From Lepidodermella squamata (lineage: Eukaryota > Animalia > Gastrotricha), in NCBI GenBank assembly GCA_047495785.1, contig JBLDXI010000015.1:1302001-1366000 (forward strand): a stretch of DNA of 64,000 bases, written 5' to 3'. Numbering within the stretch: position 1 is the stretch's first letter; each line of letters begins with the position of its first letter. The notes beneath the pieces were generated by a model. That model was given only the letters and a program-made list of their open reading frames with translations, made no database searches and was not told the DNA's origin. The translations under genes and the position numbers were made by a program. This document shows, piece after piece, positions 1 through 13,281 of the stretch.

Positions 1-917
1 TCGCTGCAATCGATACAGTTTTATTTGACTGTGATGGTGTCTTATGGCGAGGTTCTGAGATGATTCCTGGAGCTATCGATTTGACGAAAATTTTATTAGC
101 ACATGGCAAACGTGTCGGCTACGTTACAAATAACAGCTCTAGAACTCAAGATCAAATGGTGGCGGAGTTACAGAAGCGGGGTCTTGCACTGCAGGAACCT
201 GATTTGATTATGTGCACAGCAAGGGCAACTGCTTTGTATCTGAGCGAAAAACGGCCAAACTGCACAGCTTTTCGTATCGGCAATCCAGCTATTGCAGCTG
301 AACTAGAGCGCGTAGGTGTCAAGAGCTGGACCCTGGAAAACAATGAGAACATCAACTCGGTCAAACCAGAGCAGTACAAAGTTGACGCTGTCATTTGCTC
401 GCTCGATCGAGAGTTCACCTACAACAGGCTCGCTGTCAGCACTCATTTGTTGCACTTTAACAAAGACGCGCTATTTATTGCGTATGTTTTGTTTTACATC
501 ATTATCAGTTGGCTTCAGGTTTTATATTCCAGCACTAATACTGACCCAACGTTTCCCGACGCTGGCGGGAGGGTTGCCCCTGGTTGCGGTTCAATCGTAG
601 CCGCTGTTCAAACAGCAGCTTGTCGCGCTCCAGGCGTAATTATCGGCAAGCCATACCCATTAATGTTTAATCAAATGGCTGCCAAACTGAACCTCGACCC
701 TAAACGAACGCTGATGGTTGGCGATCGTTGCGATACAGACATGGGGTTTGCATCAGCAATAGGTGCCCATTCACTTTTTGTTCAGACTGGAGCTGAAACG
801 CTAGAAGACGCGCAGCGTTATGCCGAACAAGGTTCGGATTTCGCCCCCACCTTCTACCTATCTGGCGTCGAAGAGTTGAATAATATGATTAAAAATTGTC
901 AAACAATTAAAAACTAA
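1..917 (+). CDS. HAD-superfamily IIA phosphatase (phosphoglycolate/pyridoxal phosphatase-like), 5' truncated by window edge
   Basis: Reads AAIDTVLFDCDGVLWRG (DxD motif I), YVTNNS, IIGKP, MVGDRCDTDM. A 51-nt in-frame GT-AG intron at 482-532 restores FIATN. Confidence 0.92.
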   Translation, partial: AAIDTVLFDCDGVLWRGSEMIPGAIDLTKILLAHGKRVGYVTNNSSRTQDQMVAELQKRGLALQEPDLIMCTARATALYLSEKRPNCTAFRIGNPAIAAELERVGVKSWTLENNENINSVKPEQYKVDAVICSLDREFTYNRLAVSTHLLHFNKDALFIAYVLFYIIISWLQVLYSSTNTDPTFPDAGGRVAPGCGSIVAAVQTAACRAPGVIIGKPYPLMFNQMAAKLNLDPKRTLMVGDRCDTDMGFASAIGAHSLFVQTGAETLEDAQRYAEQGSDFAPTFYLSGVEELNNMIKNCQTIKN

Positions 918-1005
918 CATGAAGTCGCCTTCCTAAATTTAATGATTGATTAGATTAAAGTGTGATTTATTTCTCTAAATCTCATAGATTTGCTTTATTT
1001 TTATA

Positions 1006-2010
1006 ATGAGTGACGATCGCAAAAGATGCGAGTTGTTAACTGAGCGAAATATCAGTGATTTGTTGACATCTCTGGACGCAGTTTTCTTCGATTGCGATGG
1101 AACTTTGTGGCGAGGTGATGAAATTTTACCGGGAGCTATCGCGACCCTGGAAAAACTGATCAGCCTCGGAAAGCGGGTCGGTTATGTAACTAATAATTCG
1201 TGTCGAACCCACGCAGAAATGGTGCATGAACTGCAAAAACGCGGCTTTCCTACTCCAGATCTCGACCTAGTGATGTGTACAGCTCATTCAGCGGCTCAAT
1301 ACATCGGGGCAAACCTACCTAAAAACAGCCTGGCTTTCTTAGTAGCACCGCCTGCTTTGGCGGAAGAACTGCATGCGGTCGGCATTCGGACCTTCACGGA
1401 TGCAGATGTTGGTGATGATTTCGATAAATTCCAAGCTGATGCGGTTGTTTGCGCCCTAGACCGAACGCTGAGTTATCGACGGCTTGCTATCGCTACGCAT
1501 TTGCTGATCAAAAATCCGGCGGCTTTATTTTTAGGTAAAGCCTGCAATATATTTTGAATTTTGACATTTTTCGTTTTTTAGCCTTGGAAATCTTTATATA
1601 ACAATTTATTTGTTTTTTTTGCTGATTGAATAGCCACGAATCTCGACTCAACTTTCCCAGAATCAGGCGGCCGTTTATCGCCAGACTGCGGTCCTATAGT
1701 CGCGGCTCTCAGCGTGGCTACCGGTCGCCAGGCCGACGTCTGCATCGGCAAACCGTCGCCGATAATGTTCGCGCAAATGGCCGACATCCTGAAATTGGAC
1801 CCGAAACGCGTGCTGATGGTCGGCGATCGATGCGAAACCGACATGGCCTTCGCTTCGGCTATCGGCGCTCGATCACTCATGGTCGAAACCGGTGTGAGTA
1901 CGCCGAAAGACGCGAAATCCTACGAGATTAGCGACCAGGCTGAGATTTTCGCAAAAGCGCCGCATTTCATCGCACCGAGTGTTGCGTTTTTCGGAGAAAT
2001 TCTACCTTAA
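1006..2010 (+). CDS. HAD-superfamily IIA phosphatase, tandem paralog
   Basis: FFDCDGTLWRG, YVTNNS, CIGKP, MVGDRCETDM. Intron 1535-1633 lies within the same Ala codon (A-T-N) as in the upstream paralog. Confidence 0.92.
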
Positions 2011-2388
2011 TCAAATGTTACCAACTATAGTGTTATTTGAGAAATCTTACTAGTCTCTGTCGAGAATGCAGCTTTGATCTGTCTTAGCAATTAGTTATAT
2101 AATTTTCGAATTTTTATTCCTGGTGATGAAGAAATTGAAGAATCCTCGTGCCATTTTTATACCGTTGAAAAATTGGCTCTATTTTATACCATTGTCTACT
2201 GCCTGCTTTCCCACTTTAACTAGACGAGAATCGCTGTTATAGTTTTTACGAATTTTATAGTTTATTTCCATTGTTGTTTGTTCGAGGTTGCAACCTTTTA
2301 TGAAGAGAAGATATCATATTTTCCATCAAATAAACACCGTGTTTTTCACAATTTGTTGCATAGAACATTTATTCTGAGTTGACTGAAA

Positions 2389-3344
2389 ATGAAAGAGCAG
2401 CTAAAGTTATTGCTGATCGCGGCCATGTGCAAGAGTCGCGGTATTGGCAAAGGAAACAATCTGCCGTGGCATTTACCGTAAATTTCTTATCATGTTCGAT
2501 AAATCATTTTTTGCCGTTTTTTTAATTTTCAAAATAAATCATTTTTCATGAATAAAATAAACTTTCAGGAAAGAATTCGCCTATTTCACTGGTATGACAA
2601 AGGCCGTCAGCAATTCTTCGAAGAAAAACGCTGTAATTTTGGGCCGGCTCACTTGGGAGTCAATTCCGCCTAAATTTCGCCCGATGCCTGGCCGTTTGAA
2701 TGTTGTCATCACTCGCAACAAAGATTACAAAGTTCCAGAGGGCGTGCTCCTCGCAGGATCGCTCGATGAAGCCACAGAAATTGTTCAGCGGCCTGAAATT
2801 CGCGAGCAAATCGAAAACGTGTGGATTTTGGGCGGCGAACAAATTTATCGCGAAGCTCTAAAGTAAGACATGGACTTATTTTCCATTCAAAAATAGCTAA
2901 ATCAGTTTTCCCGAGCTATTACAATCTGGATATAAAATTAACCTTATCGGAATTCGATGTTTTCATTTTTATTTTACGAAAATGTTGGGCACAATTTCTC
3001 AGCTAAGCAATTTTTCTCCGTTAATAAAACTTGGATTTATTTTTCTGAAATCGTGGATGTGTTTTGTTAGAATGGAGTTGAAAAAATAACCCGCCTTTTT
3101 CAATTTTTTTGTTCGAATTGTTAATTTAATTATTTTTTCATGTTTTTTTAGATCGCCGTATTGTCACCGAATTTATCTGACGCACATTGATGCTGATATC
3201 GAAGGTTGCGACGCGTTTTTTCCCGAATTCAACTGCCCGGGTGATTTCAAGGACGTCACCGAGACTGGCGATGATCGCGTGCCCAAAGGAATTCAAGAAG
3301 AAAACGGCACGAAATACGAATTCAAAGTTTATGAACGCGTTTGA
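2389..3344 (+). CDS. DHFR: Dihydrofolate reductase
   Basis: Exons 2389-2477, 2569-2862 and 3152-3344 give IAAMCKSRGIGKGNNLPWHLP, NAVILGRLTWESIPPKFRPMPGRLNVVITR, ILGGEQIY, IYLTHI, CDAFFP, KYEFKVYER. Confidence 0.96.
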
Positions 3345-3992
3345 AGTGCTAACGAACACTCTTTCATTGTCTAATTTGCATGCTTTCACATTATCTTGAA
3401 ATTTTCGCGTGAATTAAAACACGCATTTCGCTGCTTGGGATTGACATATTTTAGCATTTAGCTGTTTATCTCTTGAAATGGGGTGATCAAGTGAATTTTT
3501 GATGAATTTAGCAAAATAAAATGACCAGGCGGAGTTCGGAGAGTCTTGAAGCAATACTAAGTGCATTTTTCGTGAAGTAAAAAATGGTAATCCTTAGCCA
3601 CCGAAATTCCACCAAAGGAAATTCGAATCGATCGCAATACTCCAAATTTAAATGAGTCATTTAGCCATTTTTGATCTTGTCTTAGTTGAGCCACAAGCTT
3701 CAGCGCTGATAATCATTTTTACGTTGGTTGAATTTGACCTGGAAAATTGAACAAAACTTGCTGACTTCATGCGTCTGGATTTGTTTTCTGCGGTCTCTAT
3801 TAGAAACACAGAATGACTTTAAATTTCGACCAGCGATCGATTTTTAGCACTATTATTGCAATTTCTCGGCTATTTCGGGTCCGGTTGCGTAGCGCTTCTT
3901 CAGATGAGACTCTTGAACTGTTTTATTGCGAAAAATTGAGACTCAAATCTTTGCAAGTCAGAGGCAATCGCATTTTTCGCATTCTCGGCAAA

Positions 3993-5502
3993 ATGAGACA
4001 GGTGAATAGGAGCCAAGCCGCTCCAAGTGTTACAGATTCCGGTTCATCGGCGAGTTCTACTTTCATCGAGGCTGATTACGCGAAGATATTGCTACTTTTC
4101 GTCGGTCTGGTTGGCAACATTTTATCACTAGTGGCGTTTTCGCGCCTCCCGAACGGTACCGCAAAATCATTTCGTTCGCTCCTTAACAGCCTTGCTGTGG
4201 CTAATACGCTAACTTTGGCAAGCCTTTGCTTACAGCCATTAGATCACATCTTGAGAAAAGTAAATTTAGCTACAATATTGACCGCAAATATATGCCATTT
4301 TTCCCCAAGTTTGATTTAGATGGTATCGAGGCTAGTGTCGGCGATCTAGGCTGCAAATTTTACTTCATGGTACCCAATATCTTCCACTTCACATCAATAT
4401 GGACGGTCGTATTTTTGACAGCCGAACGATTCTTCGCGATTTTTTCACCGAATAGTCTAACCCCAGCGAAAATTCGTTTGACATTCACCCTTATCGCCTT
4501 TTTCGCGGTAGTCAGCAACGCGTGGCGTTACGAATTGAACTACCAACAACCTGGAACGAATAGAACGATGGTAACCCGAGTTTGGCGGATCGCCATCAAC
4601 AGCAAGACTTTCGAATGGCGCAAGATGGAGGAGGTATTCGTGCCTGCGTATTGCACGAGCTCTGACGCTAACCTCTCGGCATTTCTCGACACATTTCTCA
4701 ATCAGCTAACTCTTCTTTTCGCAATTCCTTTGGGCTTCATGGTGTCCATGTGTTTGGGATTGATTTACTACTCGAATTGCGTGTCACGTGACATGTCGCA
4801 GGTCTGGGGCGATATAGCTAGACGGACAGCTCTGGTAACTGGGACACTGCTTTCACCTGACTTTGATCCAATAGCCGTGAAGGCTCAGCCGGCGATCAGT
4901 GCATCGCGACATCGAGGTCGCGAATCAGCAAAGTTGCTGTTCTTCCTAACAGGAAGCTTAGTGATCTGCAAAACGCCGCATCTATCGCTCGAACTTTTCT
5001 TACGATGCTACGAGCTCAAGTACGAAAGAGCGTTCAATTTGAACCGATTTCCTATGTTTCACAAGGTAACGAATCATTATTAAAAAATTTTGCGTAGCTC
5101 AAGCTGTTCCAACAGGTTCTGGGCGCAGCTTCTGTTTTAAGCGTTTCATACTTCGCGGCCTTGTTCTTTCTTCTGTGTGCAGCGAGCCGTTCCTTCAGAC
5201 GATCAGTCGGCGCCCTTTTCACCTGGAAAACCCGAACGCGTTATGTGACCAGTGATTCAAGACACAGGTACAAAAAGAGTTCAACAGCTCGCACTCCACG
5301 TGGACGCTCGGTATCCGTGATAGCCAGTCGAGCTAATTCAGTCCCTACCATCTACGTGTCAATGTACGATCACAGAGGGTCCGTGGCTAGCGGGATAAGC
5401 TTTGCATCACTTAAGCGACAGCAGTTCGCTTCCAATACTGAATTGACTATAAACGATTCGTTGCCGATTTCTGACTCATCAATGGATGAACCAGAACCAT
5501 GA
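3993..5502 (+). CDS. Rhodopsin-class GPCR (peptide-receptor-like orphan), paralog 1
   Basis: TM1 GLVGNILSL, TM3 GCK...WTVVFLTAERFFAI, TM6 ICKTP. Introns 4260-4309 and 5066-5115. Start codon approximate. Confidence 0.85.
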
Positions 5503-5657
5503 TTTACAGATCTATAAAGAATCGGAACTGTTTTTGTACAAATGTAACTTCAATTTATTCACGCAGCTATTTGATCAAAAATCAGGAATTAGTAATAAAC
5601 ACACTTTTAATCGTCTCTTGAATGTTAAAGCAATTATATTGAGATGCGGTTTTCGCT

Positions 5658-7871
5658 TCACTTCAAAGCATTCTGGACTACTGTGATACCGTCGTCATCA
5701 GAATCAGAATTTTCAGCTTCAGCGAAATCAAGCTTAAGCCTGAACTCGCTGCAAACTGACAAGCTTTGGGGCGTTGGAGCACAGTTGCCGTAGTCGAGCG
5801 ACGGCGCATCCGAAATCAAAATCGGGCTATCAGATGACGTGTCCATAGTTTCAGGGGGTGCAACTTCAAACTCACTCAAGTTAACAGGGTTACTACTAGT
5901 ATTCACGCGGTTATTGCTATTAGTAGCGGCACTCAAATCAGTTGAAATGTTTTCCGACGATGTTACCACATCGTCAGATGATGTTTTAGCACTACCTAGT
6001 AGTAGGATGCCACAACTAGCAGAAGTTGGCTTTAACTGAGGCCCAACCTCAAGTGAGGCTGGGAGAGACCCACCAATATCGAGATCACGTTCCTTTAATT
6101 GAAAAACATGTAACAGTTGACAAAGAGATCGATAAATAGAAGTGTCATAGCTAGTCTACGTCTATGAAGGGTATCAGACTAACTGGAGTGTTGTGATGCG
6201 GCGATTGTTCCTCGTCCAATGTTTCCGGCCGATCACCACGCTTAGTTCTGGACAAAATGAGCTGTGGACCTTCCAGAGAGTCGAAATCCACTGGGCCAGG
6301 TGGAGGTATAGCTGTTTTGGCGGCATCGGGCTTCCGCAAAAGGCAAGTCGGGAAAAGATTATGGGCCACCAAGTATTGAACTATCCGTTTCCTGAAACCA
6401 CGCCCAGCCGCGAAAAATATGAAAAAATTGTCTGCATAGTTGACGGCCTCCAGAAATTGTGTAACATTTAGCCACTAAATGGAAGAAAATTGTTGAAAGT
6501 TGATTTTATCTGCGAAGGCCTTACCCTGCATATATTCATCAACTCGACTGCAGTAGCCCCGGTTCCATGGAAGACTTGAAAGATACTGAGGTAGATCAAT
6601 AAAACCAAATAAGGCGTGAGGCACAGTATAAAGCAACTCGTCAGAGTTAGGAGCAAAACTATCGACTTTCGAGTTCGGAATTTCGTCAAGTTGGACGTAG
6701 CCGTAGCGGCGAAGTTCGAATTCTTCCTCGCCCCTTGTCTAGCCAGACCAGAATTGTCGGAAAATGTGAAGCGGAGGGATTTTTTGGTACGAGCGCCAAT
6801 TTCGCTTAAAGAAACGCTATAGTTCCGTTTAATTGACTGCTTTTTCTGGCCTGCTTCTGACAACTTTCGCTTAGCTTTCAAACTATCGTCATCGACGCAA
6901 CTCAGCCGGCGAATTTCTCGGCCTGCTTTCGTGATATGCCAAGCTGTAGCCGAATTCATGCCGATGATACAAATCGCAGGTAAGAAGAACAAAAGCAAAA
7001 GCCGATGAAAGTAATAATCGATGTGGAAGGAATAAAACGAATCCGTACTGCATTCGTACTCGCATTCAATCGGTTCGGTTTCATTCGCAAACATCTCTTC
7101 ATCGCATCCTATTGCACTGGAATTCCGAGGATTAAACGCCTACAACATGGATGGCTCTAAAAATGTATTCCGATATTAACAATCAGCAAGCTTACCATAA
7201 GACGATCAAGCGCTAATCTCCACGATTGGCTCACAAATGAAATAGCCAATAAGGCAATTAAGGCAATTTTAGTCCCCTGATACGTGAAGAGCCTTCCGAG
7301 AGATAGAGGGTAGCATACTGCGCAAAACCGCTCTGCTGTGACAAGAACGACGACCCAATGAGCTGAAAGTTGAACGACGGGTAGAAAGATTCGATAAAGC
7401 TTACACCCAACATCTCCTAGATACCGTTCAAAAGATCCGTAACCAAACTGAAAGGGTGGTTTATCATTGTTTTGGAATCGAAACTGACAAATAACTCACT
7501 TTTGACGTAACACTTGTCAGTGAATCAACGGCTAGGCCGAATAAAGCTAACGAGTTGAGCACAGTCAGGGCGGTTAGAGTTAACGCATAGGACCTCGCGT
7601 GACTGTTTTGGTTCCGCATGACAAGTAGCGCGATTACATTGCCGATAGTTCCGACAAAAAACAGCACCAGAATAGCGATATCTTTGGCTAAAGTCCAGCA
7701 GTTATCATTATCATCATCACCAGGCGGCTCAATGGGTGGACTTGTGCTATCGTCGAGGATCATCGGGACGAAAGTAGGGGCAATAGGCTTGTGGTCATAA
7801 AATACAGGCTGATGGACTTCATCGATTGCCATATTAATATCACGTCTTAGTGAAGTAAAATCTAGGCGCAT
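5658..7871 (-). CDS. Rhodopsin-class GPCR, paralog 2
   Basis: GTIGNVIAL, HWVVVLVTAERFCAV, TM6 CFILCLTP, TM7 VNYADNFF. Four GT-AG introns and a long Ser-rich C-tail. Confidence 0.88.
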
Positions 7872-8687
7872 TGATGAAATATTTTAAAAGCAATATTAAC
7901 ACCATAACAAGCCTAGATATCTGCGCAAATCAATGTGCAGAGCACAAGGGCGAGAAACGGATGTGCGGAAAGTGACTGCGGTCGAAAATAAATAAATCGA
8001 TAAATTAGCTGCAAACACAAACTGCTCTTTCCGAAGAAATCCGCTAAATAGCGTAATGAAATTACTTTAAAAAAATTGCTATAGATATTACTCTCTGCAG
8101 TTAAAAAGGACATCGAAAGCCATGTTTTTGTTTGTTGTAGCAGCCCTGGCATTCAAGAAGCATTATCAGCATTCATCTTTCGGCCCGTGCAATTATTGAC
8201 CATTTAACTGGATGAAAGCGACAAAAGCCTTACCGGATGCTCATGTGTGTAACTTCCTTCTCCAAACGGCGATAGGAAGTCGGAAATGCTTTCGATCTAT
8301 CGATTAAGACCTTTAGGGAATGTGTAGTGTTTTGAAGGTTCAATTTTGTCCTTTCTCAGTTTGAAAATGAATTTTTTTGCTGGGAAATAGGTGTCACGTA
8401 ACATAAGCCGGGTTAGAAATTGCAATCAGAAAATAGATAAGGTGAATAAAGCGGACGATCCCTGTACTAGAAACTCACTTAACCTTGCAAAAAAACGCAA
8501 GCACTTGAAAAAACATTAATTTAATCATGTAGTTATTAATATCATTCTTTTTCACAATCGATTTAAATTTGATTAGCAAAATGAAACGCCGTTCCCGTAA
8601 GATGCCTTGATCGAGCAGTTGCCAGTAGAAAAATTAGGAAGAAGATTGCTCTGGTTCTGCGAAAAAATGTAAAAATATCGATCCAGC

Positions 8688-10924
8688 TCAACACTCGGAG
8701 TTTTGATCTAGTATTATCGTTCTAGCTGCCGTCAATGCCAAATCACGCTTTCTCGTCTTCGCCTGTGGTCTAGTATTAGCATCATCAACATCATTCACAA
8801 GCAACGGGCAAGTAGCAGCCATATTAGGGTTAGTTGAAGCAGCAGCCGCTGAAAACACTAGACTATCCTCTTCGGATTTCTCCGCCTCGGCCAATGCCAC
8901 ATTAAACAGCAAATCGCTCTGCGAAATGCTTCTCGTCATCAGATCTGCTGTCATGCTAGTAGTAAGCTCATAAGGCACCTGGAAGCTGTCTCGCTTGTAG
9001 TCGGATTGCGTCGTCTCAACTGACGGGCGACTCGCAGGGGTAGCAGTAAAGGCGTCCAACAGTTCCCCTGACTTACTTTCCTGAACAGTCGGCAGCGTTT
9101 GGAAGACCGAAGATTGAGTAATCATGGGAGCTTCCTCCTCTAAAATTGTTTCATTCGCTTGAGGTTGAGGACTTGAGGCGAAATTCTCGTTGTTAGCTGA
9201 TTCACTAACTCGGTTAGATAATGATGAAGATCTGCTGGCAGAAGACCGCTGCCTAGCAAGTGAGTTTCCTCTTCTAATTCGAACAGATCCAACTGAGTTC
9301 ATCGGAACAGGGCCGTCTGCTTGGTTAGCTGGGGAGGGCAAGTTTGATGCAACTTGAGTATCTTCAGCGAAAAATTTCGCCCGAGTGATCAGGCAGTATT
9401 TGAGGACTTTGTGCGCGGCCATGTAATTGACGATTCGTTTCCTAAAGCCGCGGCCGGCTACGAGGAAGATCAGAAAATTGTCCGCGTAGTTCATAGCGGT
9501 TAGCACAGTAGAAAAATTGAGCGGCTGAAATTACAATAACAAAAATTTACGCGAGGTAATGAAGCATGAAAGAGTTGCTAAGTACAAGTTCTATTAGACT
9601 TGGATGCCTGCTGACTATTATTTTGGATATCTGTAATTAGGAAAGAACAAAATGATAAATGACCTGGCATATTTTGACGAAAGCCTTGAAGCTATTCTCG
9701 TGGCCATACACCATGTGGTAGATGCGAAGATACAGCAGGAGTACAAGCTGCGGCATCATACACATGAGGAAACAACCGGTCAGGGTCATCAGCAGTGCTA
9801 TGGACTTTCGAGTCCTGAATTTGGTCACCGTACTTGTCGCATTGGTCGTCGCCTTACGCCGCAGGACCGGCTGCTGTGTCTGCTGTCCGGAAGAACTGGT
9901 CGACTGCTGCTGGCTCAACGGCTCATGCCCGTTTTGCTTTATCATATTGCCATTTTTTCCTAGGTAGGCGGATGGATTGGTTGAAGAAGTTCGCCTTAAA
10001 GGGACATTCGCTCTCGTTTGATAGGGCATAGGGCCATTAGCGGCATTGCCAGCTGTACGACGGATGTCCTTGCCTGCGTTCATGATATGCCAGGCAGTTA
10101 CTGAATTTAAAACTATAATAAAAAGAGCCGGAAGTAGGAAAAGCAGCAGCAGTTGATTAACAAAGGCGTCGATGACGAAATAAAGCGGCATGTTGCGGGC
10201 AGTACAGCCGGTCGGAACAGTGATCGTCTTAGTTACAGTTTCATTGCCTTCTGTTGTCGTAACGACCTAGAAAAGAGGACTCTCAATGCAACTGTCGAAA
10301 TCCGCAAATCAATCTAACCTCTTGATGGTCGAAGGCAAGCCGCCAAGTTTGACTGACAAAAACAACACTTAGGAGTATGGCCAGAGCGATTTTTGTTCCG
10401 CGGAATGTGAACATACGGCCAAGAGACAACGGGAAGACAACAGCGCAAAACCGCTCCGCCGTTACCATGACGACGACCCAGTGGGAAGACATCTGCATCA
10501 GCGGTATGAAGAGTCGATACAACTTACATCCAATATCACCGATATAGATCTCAAAAGTCCCAGAGTACTGCAAACAATCACTCAAAAATAATCAATTTAC
10601 AATTTTAAAACTCACTGTTGAGAGTATTTGGTCGAATGCATCCAACGCAAGAGCAAAAAGGCTCAGAGAATTGAGGGCCGTTAACACTGTCAGAGTTAGA
10701 GCGTAAGATTTCGCATGGGAAGTCTGGCCACGCATGACTAATAGAGCCAGAATGTTACCAACTGTTCCAAAGACAAATAAAGCGAGTTTCGCCACGTTGT
10801 AATTGAACCCTGAGCAGTTGGCGAGTTCTTCAGGGTCGATGCCGATTCCCTCGTGACTGGCATCGTTATCAGGCGAGAATTTGGCAGCGAAAACTGCAGG
10901 CGAAGGCTCGACGTCGAGCGACAT
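8688..10924 (-). CDS. Rhodopsin-class GPCR, paralog 3
   Basis: GTVGNILAL, HWVVVMVTAERFCAV, TKFRTRKSIALL shared with paralog 2, MNYADNFL. Three introns. Confidence 0.9.
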
Positions 10925-11646
10925 TCAGGCCTCACGTCATTGCTTGAAGAAAATATGCCGTTATATTTATCATTAAAAACTCGAAATAGAAGCGCATCTA
11001 TTAGGAAAAAGCGACATCCAATCAAAGTAATTTACTTAATGGAGATCAAATAAAGTGGGCACAATCAGGGGCAATTTTGATTGTTTTCCGAAGCCTTGAT
11101 TCGTTTAGTATTTGGCTGGAAAATCAATAAATCTTAGCTAATAAGTTTGCAGCTCGGAGCTGTCATTTGTAGGCTTTTGATCAGGTTCGGTATGTCTAAT
11201 GAATGATGCCCATTTATGAGCTCTCAAAAGGAGAACAACCTGAATGACATGAAGAGCGGCGCTTGCTTTTAATAGCAAGATTTATGGATGGCGTGAAAGT
11301 TGTCGCGAGGTTCAATAAGAGCGCATTAATCAAACAAGCGCATCCTCTCCAGAAATGCAGGTCTCGCACTGAGATAGCAATACTTTGAATTTGAATGGTT
11401 TAGAAAATGCGTAGGAGAGGGTCATTCACTGAAGGCTAGTGGCGACTCAAAATTCTCCCCCGCCTAGAATCGCCGAAAAAGACAAACAATTACAGTCGAC
11501 TTGTACGTAATAATAATAAAAGATTTCGTACGTAAACGCATTTTTTTATTGAAGGTTTTCCTTATCGTAATCTTGGCACAGTGACCCCTTGGATTTTTAA
11601 CTGCAGCTATAATTTAACATATTACCTAACATCTGAAATCTAAAAA

Positions 11647-11697
11647 TCTCTGTTAGCGGTTAGCGCAATCGGTTTTTAAATCGTAAGCTGAAGGTTC
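11647..11697 (+). pseudogene. Possible decayed tRNA-like fragment
   Basis: TCTCTGTTAGCGGTTAGCGCAATCGG...AAGGTTC loosely resembles the 5' two-thirds of eukaryotic tRNA-Asn. It has no complete cloverleaf. Confidence 0.2.
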
Positions 11698-13281
11698 TTC
11701 ACTTTGTAACAGAACCGGCGCATCGAAGTTGAATGTCGCGTCAATTACAAATTTGAGTCCTAGACATTATTTTCTGGGAAATATAATTCTTTAATTTCAA
11801 AGTGTGCACTACAACCAGTCTAAAAGGTAAAGTATCATCAGACATTAAAAAGATGCGTAGTTGAAAGCTTACACCTCTAGACATTCAATTTGCTATATAT
11901 TTTCCTGGGACGGCTAAGTAATCTTTCAGTTTGCAGCTGCTCGTTAGATACAACATTGGAAATATTCGTGCTCCGCCCGCTGTGAGATCTCAATCTTGTC
12001 TTGATTCAATGGTTTCACCGGTATCTGATGAAGGCACGGCTCTGTAACGGTAACGGTATGTGCCTAATTTTCGAAGAAGAAAATGAGAGCAAAAGATGGC
12101 TCGCAACTTGCAAAGGAAGCAAAACATCCGTTCAAGCCTTAGGCACGTCTAAAAAACAGCTCTCGCAATCAATCGCCAATCAAGCGTGCCATTACGTATA
12201 GCAACAACTAAGAGACTATAAGTATATAGAGCGTTATTATCAAAATGAAATAATCAGCATGCGGAAAAAGTGATACTCAGAACTCACAGATCACGTACGC
12301 GGTATATAGTGTTATAAATAGACCGAAGCGAAAAATCGGCAGTGATTCATAATATAGGCGGCGCAAGAACAAATACACTAGGCCACAGCGATTACCGTAC
12401 AGCACCAAAATAAAAAGGGAGCGGAAAAAACAATTCAAAGATTATCGCGGGCAGCGTTGTTTATTGTCTCGAAGATTAATGTTATAGTAGTCCTTACTAA
12501 AGGAGTAACGCCTTTTGGTCACCGAAAAAGGAATCATGGTCGAATTATTAAAAAGCGAAACACGGCCCCGATAAATAAATCGATTTTATGTCCCAGAACA
12601 TCATTTGACCAGAAATTGCACATTCACACTTGAGCAACAGGCCAATATCCGGTAAATTTCTTGTGAAATCAAAAAGGGAACAAGAAATAGCTAAATATTT
12701 CAATATTTAATGCACCAGACTCCCAGCAGACTTCCAGTGTAATACAAGAAGGCCCATCTAACAATTTTACACAAGAATATCGCGCCCTCATTTGTTGACA
12801 GCTCTCATATTATATATCTCATATGATTTGATCGCAGAGAATTAGGCGCTTGAGTGGTACACAATTCGCAGCGGATATATGTTCTGTGAGCATTTTGTCT
12901 TGAGCGGGATATGGATGAGTCGAACGAGGATATGCGATGTATCGATTTAACCGATACTTACATTAACCCGCGTGCATTTTTACGCTGGCTATTTTATCGA
13001 ATTACACATTTTTATCAAAAAAGCTCACATTTTAGAGCTTGGCACAAATTCAGATTTAATAGTGCTGAAGTAATGTAAAAAAATTGAGTAACGAAGTCGA
13101 TGTTACAGTGTCATTCTCCAGTAGCTCTTCAATAATAAAATATCATTATTTGATTAGGAATCGTCTTAAAGGGAAGGCAACCATTTGTACTAGAAAAAAC
13201 TATTAGTGTGATGAATGATAAATTTAAAGAGTCAACCTTAAAATTGTCTGACCCGGATATTATATTGAGTTTTTACACGCA

